A stretch of DNA of 40,182 bases from a virus, in IMG/VR virus record IMGVR_UViG_3300022690_000259, positions 1-40,182 of that record. The stretch is one strand, 5' to 3'. The position numbers and the translations under genes are program-made. A model generated the notes under the pieces. It was given only the letters and a program-made list of their open reading frames with translations. It did not search any database and was not told the origin of the DNA. Positions 16,048-23,456 of this stretch are shown here, one piece after another (within the stretch, counting starts at the first letter, position 1; every line of letters starts with the position of its first letter).

Positions 16048-16765
16048 GGCCAAACGCAGCAAGAACATAAGATATGCAAGTGCTGATGATATTTTAATTG
16101 CACTCGGAGAAATCATGCATGATCTTGGCGAGCAACCGGATAAAATTACCTCGTTTATTGAAAGCGACGCAGCAACAAGGGTAATTAAAAACTTAAAATT
16201 GATGTTTCCAAAAATCCACATAAAGGAATTGACATTAGCATTTGATTTAGCTGCAGCTGAGAACGAGAAATTTAACGTGAAATTAAGTTTATTCAATCGC
16301 TCATTTAATTTTGAATTCATCGCCAAAGTTTTGAAAGCATATTTAAGATTTATTGAGCCAACGCGCCGAAGGATTGCAAAGGAGGATTTCGAAATTGAAT
16401 TATCCGACGAAGATCAAAACACCTACGACCAAAAGAAACTGCAGATTGTAAAAGTTGGAATTGAAAACGCCTATAATCATTATGTAAAAACCGGTAAAAT
16501 GCCACCGGCCTGCGCGTGGATGTACGACCATTTAAAAGAATCAGGCAAAATCAAATTTACTGAACATGAGGAGAATGAAATCAAATTCGGAAAGGCCAAA
16601 GATCGGCTCGAAAAAAAGTTAAAAGATAGCTATTCTGAGTTAGGCCGAACGGATAAAAAAAACCTGCTAGATAGATTGGAGCGCCTGGCGAATGACCCAG
16701 AATTGAACACCATGTTCAAACAAGTTGCCCTGCAAATACATTGGGATAGACACATAAATAAATGA
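15995..16765 (+). CDS. Hypothetical protein (replication module by position)
   Basis: 256-aa ORF overlapping the previous gene by 53 nt. No P-loop or other motif seen. Confidence 0.55.
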   Translation: MEKSTLPTLSEIDLTIIEAKRSKNIRYASADDILIALGEIMHDLGEQPDKITSFIESDAATRVIKNLKLMFPKIHIKELTLAFDLAAAENEKFNVKLSLFNRSFNFEFIAKVLKAYLRFIEPTRRRIAKEDFEIELSDEDQNTYDQKKLQIVKVGIENAYNHYVKTGKMPPACAWMYDHLKESGKIKFTEHEENEIKFGKAKDRLEKKLKDSYSELGRTDKKNLLDRLERLANDPELNTMFKQVALQIHWDRHINK

Positions 16766-16790
16766 AAACTTTTAAAACTTAAATAAAATT

Positions 16791-17093
16791 ATGGAAAACA
16801 AAATTGCAGAAACACTAGAAAAACTCTACTGGGAAGAACTCAATAAGGAGGGTATCACAAAAGAAGATATAGGGCTTATAATGCTAGAAATAGAATTTAC
16901 ACCCGTTACACCGTTTGAAGGCGCGAGTCCATGCGAAGTGAAGGAAACAATTGGCAATAATTATATTGTCATGTCTCCAACTGGCGCGATAACGGTAGAC
17001 GAGGAAGGATTAAAAGTTATGCGTTTCAGGTATTTACAATTCGACCCTGAGAGGATTGGGCAAAGAAACGCTATTAATAATATGTTTAAATAG
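16791..17093 (+). CDS. Hypothetical protein
   Basis: 100-aa + strand ORF. Confidence 0.5.
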   Translation: MENKIAETLEKLYWEELNKEGITKEDIGLIMLEIEFTPVTPFEGASPCEVKETIGNNYIVMSPTGAITVDEEGLKVMRFRYLQFDPERIGQRNAINNMFK

Positions 17094-17133
17094 CATTAAA
17101 TTTTTAATCACATTGGGATAAGCACATAAAGAA

Positions 17134-17757
17134 ATGAGAATATTACTTGCATGCGAAGAAAGCCAGGCGGTTTGTATTGAGTTCAGGAAACTAGGACATG
17201 AAGCGTTTAGTTGTGATACTCAAGAATGCTCCGGAGGCCATCCTGAGTGGCATATACAAGGTGATGTTTTACAGCAATTAAATAGAGGCTGGGACATGAT
17301 GATTGCGTTTCCGCCTTGTACACATTTAGCGGTAAGCGGAGCCGCACATTTTGAACAAAAACGAAAAGACGGTAGACAGCCAGAGGGTATTAATTTTTTT
17401 ATGGCTTTGGTAAATGCACCAATTGACAAAATTGCAATTGAAAACCCTATAGGAATAATGAGCACTGAGTATAAAAAGCCGAATCAAATAATACAACCTT
17501 TTTATTTTGGCGATCCAGAACCAAAATCCACCTGTTTATGGCTAAAAAACTTACCTAAATTAGTTCATATCAAACAAGATGATTTGTTTGCAACTAAAAC
17601 ACATGTTGAGCCTCAATATGCAATGTATAATAGTAAAAAAACTAAATATGGTAAAAGTAAATATTCATCCTTTGGCAAACTCGGGAAAGGCAAAGGAAAA
17701 GAAAGATCAAAAACATTTCCAGGTATTGCGAAAGCAATGGCCGAACAATGGAGTTAA
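17134..17757 (+). CDS. C5-cytosine-methyltransferase-fold protein lacking a canonical SAM loop and target-recognition domain
   Basis: Motif-like order: IQGDV (III), AFPPCTHLAVSG (IV, Pro-Cys), ENPIG (VI), RSKTFPGIAKAMAEQW (IX/X-like). The motif I position reads LLACEESQAV instead of FxGxG. Only 207 aa. Confidence 0.5.
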   Translation: MRILLACEESQAVCIEFRKLGHEAFSCDTQECSGGHPEWHIQGDVLQQLNRGWDMMIAFPPCTHLAVSGAAHFEQKRKDGRQPEGINFFMALVNAPIDKIAIENPIGIMSTEYKKPNQIIQPFYFGDPEPKSTCLWLKNLPKLVHIKQDDLFATKTHVEPQYAMYNSKKTKYGKSKYSSFGKLGKGKGKERSKTFPGIAKAMAEQWS

Positions 17758-17773
17758 ACCAAACTAAATAATT

Positions 17774-18136
17774 ATGATAAGTATCAGAGAAATTGAGCGA
17801 AAGTATAAATCATTAATGCACGAGGTGAAAACGGATCACCATTATAAAATAGATCTTGAAAATAGAGCAAATGTCTATACGTGCGATAAGGGACATACAA
17901 CCAAAACTATCGACATAGATCCAGGAGTCACGCCTTATTTTCATTCCTGTTTTGTTTGTGGGCGCCTGGCAAAAAGTAGTTTTTATCATGATACTTTGAA
18001 AGATGAAAAACCAGTTGAAGAATGGTATCGCCCAACACTAGAAGAGTGTAAAAAATTGAGAAGAAAACCAGCTGAATTGGAACATGTTTTCAGTGGAGGA
18101 CTATTATCACGAAAATTTAAACCAAATGAGATCTGA
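17774..18136 (+). CDS. Hypothetical protein with a putative zinc ribbon
   Basis: 120 aa with a CDKGH...CFVCG pair. Confidence 0.5.
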   Translation: MISIREIERKYKSLMHEVKTDHHYKIDLENRANVYTCDKGHTTKTIDIDPGVTPYFHSCFVCGRLAKSSFYHDTLKDEKPVEEWYRPTLEECKKLRRKPAELEHVFSGGLLSRKFKPNEI

Positions 18137-18416
18137 AACCATATTGCAAAATGTCGCCAACGAATTTTTAATCGAAGTTGACGCCATAAAATCACCATCT
18201 CAATACAGTAAAGATGCAACGCCTCGACATGTGTATTTTGATTTTTGCATGTTGTTTCAGTATGAGTTATCTGATAAAATGGAGCAATGCGCAACCCTTG
18301 TTAATAGGGATGTAACAACATTAAGAGCAGGAGCAAAACGAGCACAACAATTAACACGAACGGATATAGAAATCGCTCGGAAATTTGAAATAATTAAACG
18401 TAATATTTTAAAATAA
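18084..18416 (+). CDS. DnaA-domain-IV-like HTH protein (start may be ATG 18126)
   Basis: ATPRHVYFDFCMLFQYELSDKMEQCATLVNRDVTTLRAGAKRAQ resembles the DnaA C-terminal DNA-binding domain pattern (R.iamyL.re....s...ig..f..rdHtTv.ha..k). Confidence 0.4.
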   Translation: MFSVEDYYHENLNQMRSETILQNVANEFLIEVDAIKSPSQYSKDATPRHVYFDFCMLFQYELSDKMEQCATLVNRDVTTLRAGAKRAQQLTRTDIEIARKFEIIKRNILK

Positions 18417-18423
18417 TTCTCCT

Positions 18424-18657
18424 ATGCCACAGAAGCAAACCGACAACTTAAACGATATGATATTACACTACAGAAATGTAAGGTATTTGATCTACAAGGA
18501 TAAGGAATTCATAACTCCTGACGAACTTTATAATATGGGTGTTGGCCTTTGCTCTAGCTGCGGAAAAGAATCATTGCATGAGCATATAAATTGCCCAAAG
18601 TGTGGCACCAGAAAATTTGTATTGAAAGAATCAACAATAGCCAGTTTGAAAAAATAA
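18424..18657 (+). CDS. Small zinc-ribbon protein
   Basis: 77 aa with CSSCGK...CPKCG. Confidence 0.5.
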   Translation: MPQKQTDNLNDMILHYRNVRYLIYKDKEFITPDELYNMGVGLCSSCGKESLHEHINCPKCGTRKFVLKESTIASLKK

Positions 18658-18682
18658 TTATTCACCATAAACTAAAGAAGAA

Positions 18683-19015
18683 ATGAAAATAGAATTTGAT
18701 CAGGAATTGCTAATTGAAATTCAAGACTATATCAATGAACTTGAAGAACAAGTTGGGTTAAGGCCAGAAACAATGAAGGATATTGAAATGGCTATATCGA
18801 ATAAAATGAAAGAATTAAATAAACCAGCGCCAGAAGTAGAATTACGTCAAGTATGGCGTAATAAAGAAACTGGGAGTAAAGTAATTATTACAGAAGATAA
18901 AATTGAGGGCATTAAATCTACTATTAATGAGTACGATTATGTTTGCGATAGACCTCATGGAGATGGAGATTTTTCATACTTCTGTAATTTTTCACATTGC
19001 CGATGCTGGAATTAA
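18683..19015 (+). CDS. Hypothetical protein
   Basis: 110-aa + strand ORF. Confidence 0.5.
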   Translation: MKIEFDQELLIEIQDYINELEEQVGLRPETMKDIEMAISNKMKELNKPAPEVELRQVWRNKETGSKVIITEDKIEGIKSTINEYDYVCDRPHGDGDFSYFCNFSHCRCWN

Positions 19016-19046
19016 TTATTTAACCACCCTTAAACTAATAACATAA

Positions 19047-19625
19047 GTGCAACAAACCCTAACCAAAAATAAGAAGTGCAAAAACTGCGGAACTAAATTT
19101 GACCAATATGGATTTGGCGACGTGGCATGTTCCGGAAAGTGCAAAGTTGAATGGTCCAACAAGCTGAAGGGAAAAAACGAAGCTCTAAAAGAAAAATACA
19201 GCACAACCATACTTGACGGCAAACACGAAGTAGATAATAATTTACTAAGAAGGCCACTACCTCAATTACTTGATGCAGCTGTTCAAACTTGCCATAAATA
19301 CATAAGGTTAAGAGATGCCGGCCAGCCTTGTATAAGTTGTGATGAATTTAGAACTCTTCAAGCTGGTCATTTTTATTCCGCCAACGAGCACCCTTGCCTG
19401 AAATTTTCAGATTTAAATATTAACGGACAATGTGAAGAATGTAACGGGGGCAAATACGGGAACTTTGATGAATACGAAAAACGACTTAGGGAAAAGATTG
19501 GGCCGTTCTTATTAACGAAACTTGAAGAAACCACCATAAGATATAAGCGCCTTGGATGGAAATGGGATAGACCAGCATTGATAACAATAATTAATGAGTA
19601 TAAAGAGAAAATCAAGTTGCTATGA
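19047..19625 (+). CDS. ninG: NinG/Rap-like recombination endonuclease (GTG start)
   Basis: CKNCGTKF...ACSGKC at the N-terminus, then CHKYIRLRDAGQPCISCD...LQAGHFYS...NINGQCEECN, match the lambda NinG family (PF05766) Cys/His pattern. Confidence 0.65.
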   Translation: MQQTLTKNKKCKNCGTKFDQYGFGDVACSGKCKVEWSNKLKGKNEALKEKYSTTILDGKHEVDNNLLRRPLPQLLDAAVQTCHKYIRLRDAGQPCISCDEFRTLQAGHFYSANEHPCLKFSDLNINGQCEECNGGKYGNFDEYEKRLREKIGPFLLTKLEETTIRYKRLGWKWDRPALITIINEYKEKIKLL

Positions 19626-19915
19626 AAATAAATCAAATATACAAAGCATGCACGAAAAATAAATATATAATTCTACGTGATAATAACAATAGTTTAGTTG
19701 GTATTAATTGCGCTATCCATAAAATGAAAAGATTTAAAGGGATTGAGGTTAATAATGGTAAGTCAAACTTCCAGAGTTATTACCCGTGCTCATTCCAAGA
19801 ATATATAAGATTAAAAATTCCTTTTTATTCACTAGCCACACTGTCAGTAAACCGATCGCTAAATCAATCATTAAAGAATTTTCCAATAAAAACGAATATT
19901 ATTTATAATTTATAA
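19622..19915 (+). CDS. Hypothetical protein (low-complexity)
   Basis: 97-aa ORF whose ATGA overlaps the NinG stop. Asn/Ile/Lys-rich composition leaves coding status uncertain. Confidence 0.35.
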   Translation: MKINQIYKACTKNKYIILRDNNNSLVGINCAIHKMKRFKGIEVNNGKSNFQSYYPCSFQEYIRLKIPFYSLATLSVNRSLNQSLKNFPIKTNIIYNL

Positions 19916-19988
19916 AACAATTACATTATATTTACCATCACACAAAAATCAATCTCCATATTCAAACACTTATTAAAAATATAGATAT

Positions 19989-20062
19989 ATCAAACAAGGG
20001 GCGAAGGTCGTCATCTGGGGTTTGTGTTTATGGAGAGCACACCCCTTGTTTGATTCTGTTTT
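19989..20062 (+). terminator. Long-range 13-bp hairpin followed by a T-run (terminator-like or structured RNA)
   Basis: ATCAAACAAGGGG (19989-20001) pairs with CCCCTTGTTTGAT (20042-20054), followed by TCTGTTTTT. The 40-nt interior holds a competing helix (GGGGTTTGTG with CACACCCC). Confidence 0.4.
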
Positions 20063-20072
20063 TAAAATATAT

Positions 20073-20147
20073 TGCGGGGTAGAGCAGTTGGTTAGCTCGG
20101 ATGGCTCATAACCATTAGGTCGTTGGTTCGAATCCAACCCCACGCAA
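20073..20147 (+). tRNA. tRNA-like gene, anticodon CAT (Met or Ile2), with a bulged A in the acceptor stem
   Basis: Hand fold: D arm GAGC/GCTC, anticodon arm GATGG-CTCATAA-CCATT, variable AGGTC, T arm GTTGG-TTCGAAT-CCAAC. The acceptor TGCGGGG pairs with CCC(A)CGCA only if A20142 bulges. No encoded CCA. Confidence 0.6.
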
Positions 20148-20251
20148 CGGTTTCCGGATAAAATGACTAATACAGTGGATGGGATTTCCTACGGATAGTC
20201 AGACTCTCGAAGTGTTTCAGACTCGTCTTGTCAACTTAGGTAAAGTTGGGG

Positions 20252-20320
20252 TGCAATGTAGCTCAGTGGTAGAGCGAGCCCTCTTGAGGGTGGTCAGTGG
20301 TTCGAGCCCACTCATTGCAG
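20252..20320 (+). tRNA. tRNA-like gene with a shortened, irregular anticodon arm (only 7-nt-loop reading gives CTT, Lys)
   Basis: Perfect acceptor TGCAATG/CATTGCA, D arm GCTC-AGTGGTA-GAGC and T arm AGTGG-TTCGAGC-CCACT. Only 20 nt lie between the D and T arms (canonical 22-23). Total 69 nt, no CCA. Confidence 0.45.
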
Positions 20321-20339
20321 CAAACTAGTACTGACGAAC

Positions 20340-20364
20340 GAGGCCGGTTATATTGGCCGGCCTC
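20340..20364 (+). other. GC-rich hairpin after the tRNA-like genes
   Basis: GAGGCCGG (20340-20347) pairs with CCGGCCTC (20357-20364) across a 9-nt loop. There is no T-run, so its terminator status is unclear. Confidence 0.35.
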
Positions 20365-20379
20365 AACTTAAAATTCTCC

Positions 20380-20616
20380 ATGACTCACCCAAACACCGAG
20401 TACCCAAAGAAATCACCAGACATAACGGGAAACGATCCTGTTTTCAGTGTAGATGTAATAACAGTAGACAAGGATAATTTTTTAAATCTGGCATGGTGGA
20501 ATTATCAAAGTAAAATGTGGATGTTTCACACTGACACCATAGAACCTCCTTATTATAAAGGCAAACTGATAGATTTTGTCTGGATGTATAAACCTAAGAA
20601 TTTCAAAGTAAAATAA
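20380..20616 (+). CDS. Hypothetical protein (DUF551-like?)
   Basis: The track ORF starts at TTG 20353 inside the hairpin, so ATG 20380 (MTHPNTEYPKK...) is preferred. The Trp-rich pattern LAWWNYQSKMWMFH...VWMYKP loosely resembles DUF551. Confidence 0.5.
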   Translation: MTHPNTEYPKKSPDITGNDPVFSVDVITVDKDNFLNLAWWNYQSKMWMFHTDTIEPPYYKGKLIDFVWMYKPKNFKVK

Positions 20617-20626
20617 ACCCTACCCA

Positions 20627-21139
20627 ATGAGTAAAATAATTGAGCTAGCTAAAAAACTAAAAGCCTTATCTGAAAGGGGCGAGCACGGAGAAAAACACAA
20701 TGCTGCTGATATGCTTACGAAGCTGTTAAAAAAACACGACCTGTCAGTTGAAGATATCGAGAGAGAGGAAATTAGCTCTCATTTTTTAAGTTTTAAACTA
20801 AAACAAGAGACTTTATTAACGCAAATAATCTACTCTATATTAGGTCACCGAATGAAATTATACCCTCATGTTAGCTTGAAAACTAAGATGATGGTTAAAT
20901 GTACTTCGGCAGAATTTATAGAAATAGAGGCGGCATTCCCTTTTTATTGGAATAAATACGAAAAAGAATTAGGATTATTTGATAAAGCATTTACTTATAA
21001 AAACTATTTATTTCCCAAGAATAGCGATTCATCCAAGAATAAAAAGCAAGAAAAAATAACGGATGAAGAAGCGGAAAAAATTGTGCAAATGATGTCGAGT
21101 ATTGACGGGTCTAAACACCATAAACAAATCAACCAATGA
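20627..21139 (+). CDS. DUF2786-like protein
   Basis: The N-terminus IIELAKKLKALSERGEHGEKHNAADMLTKLLKKH matches the DUF2786 helical motif common in phage early regions. Confidence 0.45.
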   Translation: MSKIIELAKKLKALSERGEHGEKHNAADMLTKLLKKHDLSVEDIEREEISSHFLSFKLKQETLLTQIIYSILGHRMKLYPHVSLKTKMMVKCTSAEFIEIEAAFPFYWNKYEKELGLFDKAFTYKNYLFPKNSDSSKNKKQEKITDEEAEKIVQMMSSIDGSKHHKQINQ

Positions 21140-21582
21140 GTAAAGATCTATTTGGACACGAAGGAATGAAAGCATTAAGCTGGAAAGAACCATTCGCTAC
21201 CTTAATGCTGCACGGTAAAATTGAAACCCGTACATGGAATACTAATTACCGTGGCCTTGTTTTGATATGCGCCAGCCAAAAAGCGTACACCGAAATGGAT
21301 TTATTTGGCATTTCAGGCGTGGTATTAACACAAAAAATATTAGTCACCCTTAATAGTAAAGGACAAAAAGAAAACCCGTCGTATGCAATTGCAGTGGGTA
21401 GGCTTATTCATTGCCGCAAAATGAAGCCAGAAGATGAACACAAGACATTTGTGCAATACAGACCTGAGCTACATTGCCACTTTTACGAAGATGTCAAACC
21501 TATTGTACCTATTCCATGGAAAGGCGCTCAAGGATGGCGAAATGTTCCTCAAGATTTCATCAATAAAATTCAATATTTATGA
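21136..21582 (+). CDS. ASCH (PUA-like) domain protein
   Basis: KALSWKEPFATLMLHGKIETRTWNTNYRGLVLICAS resembles the ASCH N-terminal pattern. ATGA-coupled start. Confidence 0.55.
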   Translation: MSKDLFGHEGMKALSWKEPFATLMLHGKIETRTWNTNYRGLVLICASQKAYTEMDLFGISGVVLTQKILVTLNSKGQKENPSYAIAVGRLIHCRKMKPEDEHKTFVQYRPELHCHFYEDVKPIVPIPWKGAQGWRNVPQDFINKIQYL

Positions 21583-21854
21583 GTAAAGAACAACTAACAC
21601 CGCTTTCAATAGCAATAAAATACGTTCATGGGCATCATGGCGCTTTAACTGACGATCAAGAGGTTAAAGATATGGTTGCAGATATTGAAACTCTTCTAGA
21701 ACAGCAAAGAGAGAACGGGGTATCAAAGGGATTATCAATAGCAAGAAAGTGGTATAAAATAGGATTGGTAGAAGCTGGCGCAATAGATGAAGGTGATTTT
21801 GATAAATATTGGAATGAAGTTCATATGCCTAATATTTTAAAGGAAGCCCTATAA
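21579..21854 (+). CDS. Hypothetical protein
   Basis: 91 aa with an ATGA-coupled start. Confidence 0.5.
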   Translation: MSKEQLTPLSIAIKYVHGHHGALTDDQEVKDMVADIETLLEQQRENGVSKGLSIARKWYKIGLVEAGAIDEGDFDKYWNEVHMPNILKEAL

Positions 21855-21856
21855 CT

Positions 21857-21994
21857 ATGAGTGAAGTAGAGAAAAAAGCTGATGAAATGATTGAGATAAT
21901 GCAAGACGCGGAACTCACATATGATCAAATGTTAATTGTAATTAAAAATGTACGTGAAAGGTTAATCATTCAGAAAAACCAACCAGACCAATGA
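21857..21994 (+). CDS. Small hypothetical protein (45 aa, not in ORF track)
   Basis: Manual translation: MSEVEKKADEMIEIMQDAELTYDQMLIVIKNVRERLIIQKNQPDQ. It starts 3 nt after the previous stop. Confidence 0.35.
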   Translation: MSEVEKKADEMIEIMQDAELTYDQMLIVIKNVRERLIIQKNQPDQ

Positions 21995-22110
21995 AAGAAG
22001 CTCCAATCAATTGGCAAGAGTGGATCAACGAAAACATTCTAAAATAAACACAGCCATTATTGCAGTAATATAAAATATTATCCGTAATATTGGCAGAAAC
22101 ATAAAACAGC

Positions 22111-22305
22111 ATGGAAATCAATAATCACATTAAGAAAATGCTCAGTGATGAAAAGTACCGGATTGAAATAGCGATACAATTAACCCAGAACGACCAAAAA
22201 GCCATGGGTTTATTAGACATGGCAGAGAGAACATTTTACCACAAGCTGAAAAGTTACGGGATCACAAATCGAATCAACCAAAAACGTAAAGACAAGTTAT
22301 CATGA
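22111..22305 (+). CDS. Fis-type (HTH_8-like) small DNA-binding protein
   Basis: The C-terminal MAERTFYHKLKSYGIT matches the Fis/NtrC HTH_8 signature (R.TLYRKLKKYGI). Confidence 0.5.
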   Translation: MEINNHIKKMLSDEKYRIEIAIQLTQNDQKAMGLLDMAERTFYHKLKSYGITNRINQKRKDKLS

Positions 22306-22718
22306 AGGATTCGTATAATGTTTTGTTTATAGAAAGCATGGAAATGCAGGAAGATCCGTTCGGAAGTTTTGAGATACCAATATTTGTTCAGAACCGATTT
22401 TTATTAAATTATAGCATAAAAATGAATTGCCCAATTACAGGAAATTTATTTAGAGAATTAGCATTTGAAACTACCGGAGAGAGTTCTGATTACTTTGAGG
22501 CTCAACGAAAAGCTATTCAAAATATGATAGACGGTAGGCATAGCGGCGCAACCAATAGGATATTTGATGTTGATTCAAAATGCAAGCCAGTTAAAAAAAT
22601 ACATCACCTCGAGGTAAGTCATTTCCCTAAAGAAATTCAAGATATGTTTAGGCAATTATTCGATATATCTACATGGGAATTCGAATTAAAAACGATCAAT
22701 GAGAGTAATAATATATAA
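22302..22718 (+). CDS. Hypothetical protein
   Basis: 138 aa with an ATGA-coupled start. Confidence 0.5.
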   Translation: MKDSYNVLFIESMEMQEDPFGSFEIPIFVQNRFLLNYSIKMNCPITGNLFRELAFETTGESSDYFEAQRKAIQNMIDGRHSGATNRIFDVDSKCKPVKKIHHLEVSHFPKEIQDMFRQLFDISTWEFELKTINESNNI

Positions 22719-22761
22719 TTAAAAAATCACAAATTCATTATAAAACCGTAAATTATAAGTT

Positions 22762-23130
22762 ATGAGACAATTATTTATATTAAGTATTTTAATAGTATTT
22801 ACCGTATCATGCAGTACTGAGTATGTAAAACCTGACATTACAGGCGAGTGGAAATTGATCAATACATTTGATGGCACTTTTAACATAAATTGGAACAACG
22901 GCCGTGGCATAAGCATCAATGAAAAATTATGTGATTGCAATATTTTAGACACTGGATTTCAGATATATGATTACACCTACACCGGATTAAAATTATGCGT
23001 TGAAAACCATATCTACGAAGTGTGTAAACTGAATGACACCCTAATTTTAACAGAAAACGACTTTGTTAGTACTTTTATCCGGTATAACATGCACCAATTG
23101 GATAGCGTACAGAACGCTGGGTGCTTTTGA
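22762..23130 (+). CDS. Predicted lipoprotein
   Basis: MRQLFILSILIVFTVSCSTEY is a signal peptide with a lipobox-like VSC and Cys at position 17. Confidence 0.6.
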   Translation: MRQLFILSILIVFTVSCSTEYVKPDITGEWKLINTFDGTFNINWNNGRGISINEKLCDCNILDTGFQIYDYTYTGLKLCVENHIYEVCKLNDTLILTENDFVSTFIRYNMHQLDSVQNAGCF

Positions 23131-23132
23131 AT

Positions 23133-23297
23133 ATGTTCACCGAAGACTATCAAGAGTTTCAACCTCTACAGGTTAAACCTAATTATAGTTTTTATATAGA
23201 ATTGTTTGGGTGGGAAACCTATTGGACGTCGTTAAAAGGCGCAATAGTACCTGAACTTAGCGAATACGTTAAAACTAAAAATATTAGTGCAAACTGA
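23133..23297 (+). CDS. Small hypothetical protein (54 aa, not in ORF track)
   Basis: Manual translation: MFTEDYQEFQPLQVKPNYSFYIELFGWETYWTSLKGAIVPELSEYVKTKNISAN. It starts 3 nt after the previous stop. Confidence 0.4.
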   Translation: MFTEDYQEFQPLQVKPNYSFYIELFGWETYWTSLKGAIVPELSEYVKTKNISAN

Positions 23298-23306
23298 ATT
23301 AACAAT

Positions 23307-23456
23307 ATGGCAAAATCGATAAAGAAAAAGTTTAGAAACCTGATCCAAAAATATAAACAGGTAGATCTATGGTGGATCGTAGGCTTAATAGGCTTAAGCC
23401 TAATGATCTGGGGCCTTTATAATTTAGGAATGAATTTAATTGAAAGCTATGGGTAA
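23307..23456 (+). CDS. Small membrane protein (49 aa, not in ORF track)
   Basis: Manual translation: MAKSIKKKFRNLIQKYKQVDLWWIVGLIGLSLMIWGLYNLGMNLIESYG. Basic N-terminus plus one transmembrane helix. Confidence 0.4.
   Translation: MAKSIKKKFRNLIQKYKQVDLWWIVGLIGLSLMIWGLYNLGMNLIESYG

Noticed and set aside
17579-17767. + strand 62-aa ORF nested out of frame in the methyltransferase-fold gene
   Set aside because: It lies essentially within 17134..17757 (extending 10 nt past its stop), in another frame. It has Lys-rich low-complexity sequence and no coupling signals.
20252-20320. The irregular tRNA-like gene as a suppressor tRNA signalling stop-codon reassignment
   Set aside because: All long genes are open under the standard code with no in-frame stops. 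No candidate anticodon reading gives CTA, TTA or TCA.
19989-20364. The tRNA-like region as an attP / integration module
   Set aside because: No integrase, excisionase or recombinase-like ORF is recognisable anywhere in the 40 kb unit. There is therefore no support for an integration function.
20353-20379. TTG start at 20353 for the ORF after the tRNA-like genes
   Set aside because: The TTG sits inside the GC-rich hairpin 20340-20364. An ATG at 20380 gives a sensible N-terminus (MTHPNTEY...).
22066-22090. AT-rich palindrome TAATATAAAATATTA plus repeated GTAATAT upstream of the Fis-like gene, as an operator
   Set aside because: It is short and composed almost entirely of A/T in an AT-rich genome, so chance occurrence is likely. 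It is noted but not called.
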